Virus record (IMG/VR): IMGVR_UViG_3300036854_000028
Location: 1 to 50,845 of that record
Length of the DNA: 50,845 nt
Reading direction: 5' to 3' (one strand)
From: a virus
Taxonomy: Duplodnaviria > Caudoviricetes
Of this stretch, positions 35,136 to 43,125 are shown piece after piece (within the stretch, counting starts at the first letter, position 1; every line of letters starts with the position of its first letter). The notes under the pieces were generated by a model. That model did not search any database and was not told the DNA's origin. It was given only the letters and a program-made list of their open reading frames with translations. Both the position numbers and the translations under genes were made by a program.

Positions 35136-35410
35136 TGGTGCGTTGAGTTCGCTGATTTGCCGGACTCTTGCTCGCACATGCCTTTGGCGGCCCAAGGGCA
35201 TCCGTTGCGCCACATTAGGGCGTGTAGCCGCCGAACCTCGTCGGGGAGCACTCCGTGGAACACGTGATCCCCCCATGGAACCTCGACGGCGCGGAGTTGA
35301 CCGGACCGGATATGCCGACTCACGACGTCGCCGGTGCAGTGGAGAAGTTTGGCCACACGACCAGCCCTGATCAGGCCCCGCGCGGCGAATTCATCTCCTA
35401 AAGAGCCCAC
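35132..35410 (-). CDS. Antisense MerR-like HTH protein between terL and portal
   Basis: RVAKLLHCTGDVVSRHIRSGQLRA. Lower GC. Start is uncertain. Confidence 0.55.
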   Translation of the reverse strand: MGSLGDEFAARGLIRAGRVAKLLHCTGDVVSRHIRSGQLRAVEVPWGDHVFHGVLPDEVRRLHALMWRNGCPWAAKGMCEQESGKSANSTHH

Positions 35411-35430
35411 ACCGGGGAGGGTACGCCGCC

Positions 35431-37914
35431 ATGCCCGCTACCGTCCCGTCCACCCGGGAGATCGGCTACGTTACACCGTCCTACGGCACCACGAACGCGT
35501 GGTGGCAGTTCGACCCCGACGAGGACACGCCGGAACTGCAATGGCCGATGTCCGTCAAGGTCTACAACTCCATGCGGACCACCGACTCCCAGGTCGGTTC
35601 GGTGCTGGAGGCCGTCACCCGGCCGGTGTTGCGCACGCCGTGGCGACTTGATCCGGCAGGCGCGCGTGACGAGGTCGTCGAGTTCATCGCCGACGACCTC
35701 GGGCTGCCGATCGTGGGCAAGAACCCGAAGCCTCCGCCGCGGATGAAGGACCGTTTCAGTTGGTTGGACCACCTGGAGCTGGCGCTGCTGATGCTGCCGT
35801 TCGGGCATATGTTCTTCGAGCAGGTGTACCGGGTCAACGAGGCGGGCACGGAAGCGCACCTGGGCAAGCTGAGCCCGCGTATGCCACGCACGATCGAGCG
35901 AGTCGACGTGGCCCGCGACGGTGGGCTGATCTCGATCACCCAGCTGGGCACGCTGGACCAGCATGGGCCGCAGGAGCCGATCCCGGTCGCTCACCTGGTC
36001 GCCTACGTCTACAAGAAGGAGGGCGGCAACTGGCTCGGCCGCAGCGTTTTGCGGCAGGCGTACAAGAACTGGCTGATTAAGGACCGCCTGCTGCGCGTGC
36101 AGGCGCAGACGATCGAGCGCAACGGGATGGGTATCCCCGACTACGAGGCGTCCGAGTCGGAGACCGACCTGGGCAAGGGGCTCGCGCTGGCGACGTCGCT
36201 GAGGGCCGGGGAGGCTGCGGGTGTCGCCCGCCCGAACGGGTCGAAGCTGCGCCTGATGGGTGTCGAGGGTGACTTGCCCGACGCATTGCCGGTGGTGAAG
36301 TACCACGACGAGCAGATAGCACGCGCTGTGCTGGCCCACTTCCTGAACCTGGACAGTCAGAGCCACGGCAGTTACGCCCTCGGCGCGTCGTTCATGGACT
36401 TCTTCACGCTGAGCCTGCAGACGCTCGCCCAGTCGATCGCCGACACCGCCACCATGCACATCGTCGAGGACCTGGTCGACGCGAACTGGGGCGAGTCTGA
36501 GCCCGCGCCGCGACTGGTGTTCGACGAGATCGGCTCCCGCCAGGTCGCGACCGCTGAGACGATGAAGGCGCTCGTCGACGCCGGGGTGATCCGGCCCGAT
36601 GAGGTGTTGGAGGAGTCGTCGCGGCAGCAGTACGGGCTACCACCGGCGGACACGTCTTCGGTCCGCACCCCGCCCGCGCCCACCGGTCCGACACCGCAGC
36701 CGCCGACGCAGATGGGTGACATGAGCGTTGCGGCGGCGGCTACACGTAGGCCGGTTGCCGCCCGCTTCAATCCTGACGAGCCGCGTGTGCCCGGCGGCCC
36801 GCACGGCGGCGAGTGGGGCCACGGTGGCGGGGTGCTGTCCGATGCGCTGAAACTGGCCGGGAAGATCCAGCTCGATGACGGGGAGACCCTGATCGGCTCC
36901 TCGAAGGTTGACGGCGACGCCGGCGGGATCCGGATGGCGTTCACCGAACAGCACGGCAAGCGGATGCTGCGTCTGGGCCTCGGCGGGGAAGCCTATGGGA
37001 AACGCAACCGCGACGAGGGCATCCCGGCCTGGGACGGGTCCCCGTCCCGCGAGCCTCTCCCCAAGGCGGAGCACGATCGGCTCGACGCGGAGTACGACGC
37101 CCTCAACGATGAGTACGACTCGGCGGCGCCGGCACGCAAGGAAGCGATCTCTGCCCGCCAGGATGACATCCGCGAGCAGCTCGGCGCCGCCGATCAGGGC
37201 TTCAACGGGACGGCCAAACTGGATCAGTACAGCGCTGGCCGGCTCGCCGACAAGATCCGGCCGGCCCTCGCCGAGGCGGTCGAGCAGGAGAAGATCGAGC
37301 ACAAGGCTTGGGACGAGATCGAAGCCTTGCAGGCCAAGGGCAACCCCGACCCCGCGCGGCTCGCCGAACTACAGCAAATCGCCCGCGCGGTGCCCGGGAG
37401 TCCCGGCTACGAGGGCATCACCTTCGCGTCGGGCATCATCCCCGGCTCGGCGTGGGGCGACGTGCACTGGTCGGTCGAGCTGAACGATCCCAGCCAAGGT
37501 GTCACCGTGATCCTCGGCGTGGCGCCGAAGGGCGCTCCGGACGATTGGGGCGACGACAAGGACTGGACCGGGCACTTCGGCGTAGCCGAAACCCAGAAGT
37601 TCCTACGGCTGCTCAGCCGCTATACCGGCGCGGTCCAGGCCGCCGCTGGCCACGACACCACCCCGGGCCACGACGAGCTGCACCATTACTGGGTCGCCGG
37701 CCCGGGCCTGGCCGAATGGCGCGGCTCGCCGAAGCCGTTCACGACGCTGGTTGCGCTACTCACCGAGCACGTGAAGCCACCCAGGCCAACATCCACGTAC
37801 AAGAAGTGGGCAGCGACCTGGTTCCACGAGGTGTTCGGATTCTGGCCCGGCTCTGACCTTAACCGCGTCACCCACGGCCACCCACCGCGCGGCCACGTCG
37901 TAGGCCCCGGCTGA
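35431..37914 (+). CDS. Portal protein (DUF935/Mu gp29-like) with a long C-terminal extension
   Basis: GGGGAGG RBS. M...DSQVGS, LPFGH.FFEQVY, G.SVLR.AY..W..K, YHDEQIA.AVL and GSYALG motifs in the first ~410 aa. Confidence 0.92.
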   Translation: MPATVPSTREIGYVTPSYGTTNAWWQFDPDEDTPELQWPMSVKVYNSMRTTDSQVGSVLEAVTRPVLRTPWRLDPAGARDEVVEFIADDLGLPIVGKNPKPPPRMKDRFSWLDHLELALLMLPFGHMFFEQVYRVNEAGTEAHLGKLSPRMPRTIERVDVARDGGLISITQLGTLDQHGPQEPIPVAHLVAYVYKKEGGNWLGRSVLRQAYKNWLIKDRLLRVQAQTIERNGMGIPDYEASESETDLGKGLALATSLRAGEAAGVARPNGSKLRLMGVEGDLPDALPVVKYHDEQIARAVLAHFLNLDSQSHGSYALGASFMDFFTLSLQTLAQSIADTATMHIVEDLVDANWGESEPAPRLVFDEIGSRQVATAETMKALVDAGVIRPDEVLEESSRQQYGLPPADTSSVRTPPAPTGPTPQPPTQMGDMSVAAAATRRPVAARFNPDEPRVPGGPHGGEWGHGGGVLSDALKLAGKIQLDDGETLIGSSKVDGDAGGIRMAFTEQHGKRMLRLGLGGEAYGKRNRDEGIPAWDGSPSREPLPKAEHDRLDAEYDALNDEYDSAAPARKEAISARQDDIREQLGAADQGFNGTAKLDQYSAGRLADKIRPALAEAVEQEKIEHKAWDEIEALQAKGNPDPARLAELQQIARAVPGSPGYEGITFASGIIPGSAWGDVHWSVELNDPSQGVTVILGVAPKGAPDDWGDDKDWTGHFGVAETQKFLRLLSRYTGAVQAAAGHDTTPGHDELHHYWVAGPGLAEWRGSPKPFTTLVALLTEHVKPPRPTSTYKKWAATWFHEVFGFWPGSDLNRVTHGHPPRGHVVGPG

Positions 37915-37963
37915 CCTGACCACGGGCATATCGCCCGCGTACCCGAAAGGTGGTGCGTGGGCG

Positions 37964-39088
37964 ATGACGCGCGCGCTGAAGGCAGCCGGTCAGGACCTGC
38001 TCGGTGTGGAACTGGCCCGGCCGGGCCCGTGGAAGGTTGCCAGCGGCGACGGCAACTTCACCCCGCAGATGCTGCGCGACGCTGCCGACTTCTTCGCCGC
38101 GTCGGGTGGCCAGGCGGTACCGGTGAAGCTCGGCCACAACGATGACCGGTTCGGCGGGGACGGGGACCCGGCGTTCGGCAACGTCACGAATGTCCGCTAC
38201 CGCGAGGACGACCGCGGCCCTGTCCTGCTCGGCGACATCATCGACATGCCCAGTTGGCTGTCCGCGTCGGCGCCGAGGTCGTGGCCGAACCGGTCGATCG
38301 AGGGCTGGCAGGACTTCGAGTATGACGGCCGCGAATACTCGCTGGTCTTGACCGGGCTGGCGTTTCTGGGTGTCACCCCGCCCGCGGTGCGCAACATCCG
38401 TTCCCTCGCCGATTTGCAGACCGCGCTGGCCGCGTCGTCGGCGCAGCGGGTGTTCGCGTCCGCGCCCGCCGACGACGCGGCGACACCACCACATGCTCCC
38501 GCCTCCGCGGCGGAAGAACCGATCGAGAGTGAGGAGGCCGGAATGTCTCTGGCCAAGTATCGAGAGGCACTGGCCGGCCTTCCGGACGATGCTTCCGAGG
38601 ATGACGTGAAGGCGGCGCTTTCCGCGGCCGGTTTCACGTCGGAGAGTTCTCCGCCCCCGCCCGAGCCGGTGCAGGCGTCGCTGTTCGACGACAAGGCGCC
38701 GACCAAGCCCGCACCGAAGAAGGATCCCGCCCCGGCTGAGGGGTCGTGGATGCGCGTCGAGGCGTCGGCGTGGGAGGCCGCGCAGGACCGCATCAGGCGC
38801 CTGGAGGCGCAGGCGCAGCGCCAGCGTGAGGGCGAGCGGGACCAGGTCATCGCCAAGGCGGTGCAGGCCGGCAAGTTCGCCCCGTCCCGCCGGGAGCACT
38901 GGGTGCGGTTGTGGAATGCCGACCCGGAGGGCACCCGCGAGGTCATCGAGGGGCTGGCGCGCAACGTCATGCCGGTGATGGCGTCGGGCTACGCGCGTGA
39001 AGGCGACGACCGCGACGACGACGAGCTGGATCGCGAGATCGATCGCTTGTCGTCGCCGTCGTCGCGGAAGGAGCCCAGCCGTGGCTGA
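37964..39088 (+). CDS. Capsid maturation protease/scaffold (Mu gpI-like)
   Basis: VKLGH, PAFG.V, WPNRSIE and LTGLAFLGVTPPAV motifs. Helical C-terminal scaffold region. Confidence 0.85.
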   Translation: MTRALKAAGQDLLGVELARPGPWKVASGDGNFTPQMLRDAADFFAASGGQAVPVKLGHNDDRFGGDGDPAFGNVTNVRYREDDRGPVLLGDIIDMPSWLSASAPRSWPNRSIEGWQDFEYDGREYSLVLTGLAFLGVTPPAVRNIRSLADLQTALAASSAQRVFASAPADDAATPPHAPASAAEEPIESEEAGMSLAKYREALAGLPDDASEDDVKAALSAAGFTSESSPPPPEPVQASLFDDKAPTKPAPKKDPAPAEGSWMRVEASAWEAAQDRIRRLEAQAQRQREGERDQVIAKAVQAGKFAPSRREHWVRLWNADPEGTREVIEGLARNVMPVMASGYAREGDDRDDDELDREIDRLSSPSSRKEPSRG

Positions 39089-39467
39089 CTACACCCCCGT
39101 CTACACCGGCGGCGCCGTGCCGTTCACGGCCACCACCGCTGGTGCCGTGGTTGGCGGCAACGTTCTGATCTGGTCCGCTTCCGGCGTCGTCACCGTCTCC
39201 GGCGCCGACTCGACCGCCGTGTGCGGCGTTGCGGCTCACGACGCGGCGTCCGGCGCGAAGGTCACTGTGTGGCCGATAGACGGTGCGATTCACGAGCTCG
39301 TCGCGTCCGGCGCCATCACCGCCCTGGCCGGCGTCGTCTCCGACGCGTCCGGCCAGGTCAAGACGGCCACTATCGCCACCGCAGCCGCGGCGGCGACCCT
39401 CATCGGCGTGGCCGCGACGACAGCGGCGGGTTCCCCGCTGAAGCTGCGCGTCCAGGGCCGCCGGTAA
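39081..39467 (+). CDS. Capsid cement/decoration protein (DUF2190-like)
   Basis: AAGGAG RBS. GVAAHDAASGAKVTV...ASGAITA. Confidence 0.8.
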   Translation: MADYTPVYTGGAVPFTATTAGAVVGGNVLIWSASGVVTVSGADSTAVCGVAAHDAASGAKVTVWPIDGAIHELVASGAITALAGVVSDASGQVKTATIATAAAAATLIGVAATTAAGSPLKLRVQGRR

Positions 39468-39488
39468 CCACCCGAAAGGAGATAGGCC

Positions 39489-40442
39489 ATGCCTTACGCA
39501 TTCCCGGCAGCGGCGCCCACCCTTTCGGGCGACCTGCTCACCATCTCGCGGTTCCTGCAGGACCCGACCCGCATCTCCCGGCGACTGCGGGACTACACGG
39601 ACCTGCGGTTCGTGTCGGACCAGCTACTCAAGGACCGCCAGCGGGCCAGTGGCGGCGCGGTCCTGTACGACATGACCGAGCCGTTCATCTCCGACCGGAC
39701 GGTGGAGGCCGTATCGGCTGGGTCGGACTACCCGTACGCCAACCTGGGTACCGGCACCGCCGGCATCGCGGCGGTTTCCAAGTGGGGCCAGAAGGCATTC
39801 CTGAGCGATGAGGAGGTCACCCGCAAGTCCTATCCGATGTCGGCCGTGGACCGAGCGATGACCAAAATCATCACCACGGTCATCAAGCAGGTGGACACGA
39901 TCTCCATGGCCGCCATCGGCACGGCGATCACCGCCGAGGTGGCAACGGTCGGGTCGTGGGACAACGCGACCGCATCCAGCCGCAAGCCGCTGGATGACAT
40001 CCTGCTCGGTATCCAGGCGATCGAGGACCTCAACCTGGGCTACCACGCCGATACCCTGGTCGTGTCGCCGAAGGCGTACACGTACCTGATGCTCAACGAC
40101 GCCATCGCCCAATTGCGCAAGCGGGAGACGTCCGACAACCCGGTCTACACGGGGATGATCGAGACGGTGGCGAACCTCACCGTCATCAAGACGCCGAACC
40201 TGCCGATCGTCACCAGGGCGTGGATTCTGGACTCCACCCAACTCGGCGGCATGGCCGACGAGATGGCGAGCGCGCCCGGATATGCAGCGGCAGCACGTGA
40301 TGTGGGCGGCTTCGCGGGCGTCGAGGTCAAGGCGATCCGCAAGGAAGGCCAGGACGGCTGGGACCTGCAGGCCCGTCGCCTGACCGTGCCGTTCGTGCAG
40401 GAAACCGGCGCCGGGTATGAGATCACCGGCGTGGTGAGCTGA
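39489..40442 (+). CDS. Major capsid protein
   Basis: AAAGGAG RBS. 317 aa. Position and E.V..G..YP, KWG.K...SDE, DTLVVSP motifs. Confidence 0.9.
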   Translation: MPYAFPAAAPTLSGDLLTISRFLQDPTRISRRLRDYTDLRFVSDQLLKDRQRASGGAVLYDMTEPFISDRTVEAVSAGSDYPYANLGTGTAGIAAVSKWGQKAFLSDEEVTRKSYPMSAVDRAMTKIITTVIKQVDTISMAAIGTAITAEVATVGSWDNATASSRKPLDDILLGIQAIEDLNLGYHADTLVVSPKAYTYLMLNDAIAQLRKRETSDNPVYTGMIETVANLTVIKTPNLPIVTRAWILDSTQLGGMADEMASAPGYAAAARDVGGFAGVEVKAIRKEGQDGWDLQARRLTVPFVQETGAGYEITGVVS

Positions 40443-40443
40443 C

Positions 40444-40839
40444 ATGCCCGTCATCTCAGGCGCGATCCTGCGCAACTCCAACCATTTGCACGAGGGGTTC
40501 GAGCACGTCTACTCCGGCTCGACCGCCTCGGCCACCGTCACCGCCGACCAGCTGCTGGAGGTCAGCGGTGACGGGACCCTCGGGCCGGCCGGCGCCGCGT
40601 CCACCTCGGTCGTCGGTCTCGCCCTCGCGGGCGCGGCTAGCGGCGCCCCGGTCAAGGCGCTGATGTTCGGCCCGGTGCTGTCCATCACGTCCAGTGGCGC
40701 CATCACCGCCGGCGCGAAGTGCGTCGCGGGCGCGGCGGGTGTGGTGACGACGATCGGCGCGAACACCTTCGAGAAGATCGTCGGCACGGCGCTGACCACC
40801 GCATCCGGCAACGTCGTGAAGATGGTGATGAACACATGA
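40444..40839 (+). CDS. Second DUF2190-like decoration protein
   Basis: VVGLAL..AASGAPV...SSGAITAG is paralogous to 39081-39467. Confidence 0.7.
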   Translation: MPVISGAILRNSNHLHEGFEHVYSGSTASATVTADQLLEVSGDGTLGPAGAASTSVVGLALAGAASGAPVKALMFGPVLSITSSGAITAGAKCVAGAAGVVTTIGANTFEKIVGTALTTASGNVVKMVMNT

Positions 40840-41237
40840 GCACACGCCGGGCACGGGTCGTCGTAGCGTATGCGACCGTGAAGCTCTTCGATCCGATCAG
40901 CGGCAAGCTGACCGTTGCCGGGTTCTACCAGGGCGCCATTTTCCCCGACTCGGCTGACCCGGACAACGTGGCCAGTCTGGTGCGCCGGGAGTACGCCGAA
41001 TGGGTCGACGAGCCCGAGCCGGAACTGGAGACGGAGTCGGAGCCGGAGACGGAGTCGGAGCCGGAGACGCCCCCGCCGGGCGACGTTGCGACGGACCGGC
41101 CGGCGCAGGCCGCGCCGAAGGCCGACTGGGTCACCTACGCGGTGTCGCAGCGGCCGGAGGACATGCCCGAGGACGATGCCCGGGCGGCGGCCGAGGCCAA
41201 GACGAAGGCCGACCTGATCGCCGAGTTCGGCGGCTGA
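40836..41237 (+). CDS. Small head-associated protein with acidic EPETES repeats
   Basis: ATGA overlap. C-terminal RP...A.KADWV.YA...TKADLI motif. Confidence 0.75.
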   Translation: MSTRRARVVVAYATVKLFDPISGKLTVAGFYQGAIFPDSADPDNVASLVRREYAEWVDEPEPELETESEPETESEPETPPPGDVATDRPAQAAPKADWVTYAVSQRPEDMPEDDARAAAEAKTKADLIAEFGG

Positions 41238-41245
41238 GGTAGACC

Positions 41246-41623
41246 GTGGGCGACCTCTTTGCGCTCGACGAGTTCGCCTCCTACGTCCAGCAGGACGTCG
41301 ACACGTCCACCGCCACGGTGGTGAGGCGTGTCGCGTCCGGCTGGCTCAAGGACGTCACGGGCCTGGCCGACTTCCCGACCCCGATCCCCGATGACCTGTT
41401 CGCGTGGGGCCTGGAGCTGGCCGCGATCGCGTTCCGCAACCCGGACGGCGCGGCCAGCGAGTCGGTCGACGACCACAACGTGTCGTGGGACATGAACCGG
41501 CGCAAGGACATCCTGAAGGCCGCGCTGATCGGCTACTCGACGACCGGCCAGCCACAGTACGCGTTCCCGGACCCGGACTGGCACTGGAGTTCCGTGACCC
41601 CGACCAGCGCCATCACCGCTTGA
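41246..41623 (+). CDS. Head-to-tail adaptor
   Basis: LELA....RNP.G..SESVDD motif and position. Confidence 0.8.
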   Translation: MGDLFALDEFASYVQQDVDTSTATVVRRVASGWLKDVTGLADFPTPIPDDLFAWGLELAAIAFRNPDGAASESVDDHNVSWDMNRRKDILKAALIGYSTTGQPQYAFPDPDWHWSSVTPTSAITA

Positions 41624-41690
41624 CCTTCCCCTCTACCTTCTCCCGGGCTGGTGTCCGGGCGACCCGCCACGCCCAACTGAAGGAGTATTG

Positions 41691-42209
41691 ATGGCGCGCT
41701 ATGGCACGTCCGGGCTGTCGCAGGCGGCCCAGCTCGCCGGGGTCAACTCGGGCACGACGGTGAACGGCTACTTGGGCTACTGGGGCGGCTCGGCGACGTC
41801 GGGGTTCCGGATGCGCCGGATCAATCTCGGGGTCATCGCCGGTGCCAGTGTGCCGACGTCGCAGCAGATCTCGGTGGGCGTGTACCGGCAGACGGTGGCG
41901 CCGTCCGGGACGGGGCTGGCGGCGGCAGTCCTCGGGCAGCCCCTCGAAACGTGGACGCCGCAGACCGACCCGACCGTCGGGCTGATCATGACGACGGCGA
42001 CGACGATCGGCACGACCGGCCCGACGCTGGCCGCGAACCCGATCACGGTGCTGCCGCTCAACACCCAGTCGAACCTGGAAGAGCAGTGGGAGTTCGTCGA
42101 CGAGCTGGTGTGCGCGATCGGCACAGCCAACGGCATCGCGTTCGTGAACATCGGCAACGCGTTGCCGGCGTCGCACTCGATCCGGTTGAACGTCGAGATC
42201 GAGGTCTAA
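41691..42209 (+). CDS. Putative virion protein (inserted neck cassette, gene 1)
   Basis: GAAGGAG RBS. T/G/A-rich beta composition. Confidence 0.75.
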   Translation: MARYGTSGLSQAAQLAGVNSGTTVNGYLGYWGGSATSGFRMRRINLGVIAGASVPTSQQISVGVYRQTVAPSGTGLAAAVLGQPLETWTPQTDPTVGLIMTTATTIGTTGPTLAANPITVLPLNTQSNLEEQWEFVDELVCAIGTANGIAFVNIGNALPASHSIRLNVEIEV

Positions 42210-42212
42210 GCG

Positions 42213-42746
42213 GTGCGCCAGTACTGGGTCGCGCCGATCCCGCCGTTCCATACCGCGGACGGCGCCGCCTACAACACGTCGGTCACCCTGACCGACGTCA
42301 GCCCCGCCCCGGCCATCACCTTGCCGGCGAACTTCCTGGAACAGGGCTCGGAGATCGAACTGGAGGCGTGCGGGCAGTTCTCCAACACCGGCACGCCGAC
42401 GCTGCTGCTCGGGTTCTACCACGGCGGTGTGGCGGGGGTGGCCCTGGCCGCGTCGTCGGCGATCACCACGACGACAGGTGCCGCGGCCTGGCCGTGGATC
42501 ATCCGTTATCGGGGTGTGGTCCGGGCTGTGGGCTCTACGGGTTCGATCGTCGGGCAGGGCTGGCTGAAACTCGGCACCTCGCTGACCGCGTTCGCGATGT
42601 CGGCTATCCCGGTCACCGCGGCAGCCCGGACGGTGACGATCGACACCACCACCGCCAAGTCGATCACCTGCGGGGCGCAGTGGGGCACCTCCAACGCGTC
42701 GAACACGCTCACCTGCAACGACATCTCGGTCAAGGTCGTCACCTGA
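42213..42746 (+). CDS. Putative virion protein (neck cassette, gene 2)
   Basis: TLPANFL..G..IEL.A.G..SNTGTPTL...TIDTT...QWGTS motif. Confidence 0.75.
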   Translation: MRQYWVAPIPPFHTADGAAYNTSVTLTDVSPAPAITLPANFLEQGSEIELEACGQFSNTGTPTLLLGFYHGGVAGVALAASSAITTTTGAAAWPWIIRYRGVVRAVGSTGSIVGQGWLKLGTSLTAFAMSAIPVTAAARTVTIDTTTAKSITCGAQWGTSNASNTLTCNDISVKVVT

Positions 42747-42778
42747 CCGCCGTTCTGGTCACCTAAGGGGAGGGTTTC

Positions 42779-43102
42779 ATGTCGGTCGGCTATCCGGTCA
42801 CCGCGGCGGACGTCAACAACAAGGCCGGTGCGCTGGTCGTCGCGCTGTGGACGAACCTGGAGGCGATCAAGCAGTTCAAGGCGTGGCTCGACGACTCCGC
42901 CCACGGCGACGTCTACCTCAACAACCTGGGTATCACCGGCACCTCGTCGTCGGGGGACGTGAAGACGCTGCGGGACTCCTTCGCCGACCTCGCCGGGGCG
43001 GCCGGGCTGTACGGGGTGTCACACGGCACCGTCACCCCGAGCGGGGCGTCGAACTACTTCTTCAACGCCAAGAACCTTTCCGGCGTCAACTTCGCCGGCT
43101 AG
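42779..43102 (+). CDS. Putative virion protein (neck cassette, gene 3, helical)
   Basis: GGGGAGG RBS. Confidence 0.75.
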   Translation: MSVGYPVTAADVNNKAGALVVALWTNLEAIKQFKAWLDDSAHGDVYLNNLGITGTSSSGDVKTLRDSFADLAGAAGLYGVSHGTVTPSGASNYFFNAKNLSGVNFAG

Positions 43103-43125
43103 TCCCGCCGCGGGAAGGTTGAGCC

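Noticed and set aside
35136-35200. Minus-strand ...CGCACCA resembling a tRNA CCA end
   Set aside because: No T-arm or acceptor pairing, and it lies within the end of the HTH ORF.
33522-35276. 584-aa minus-strand ORF, and similar ones opposite the portal, capsid and TMP genes
   Set aside because: These are antisense shadows of strongly biased genes, with no motifs or RBS.
41011-41069. 18-bp repeats (EPETES) as a CRISPR-like array
   Set aside because: They are tandem coding repeats without spacers. No CRISPR array or cas gene is visible anywhere in the window.
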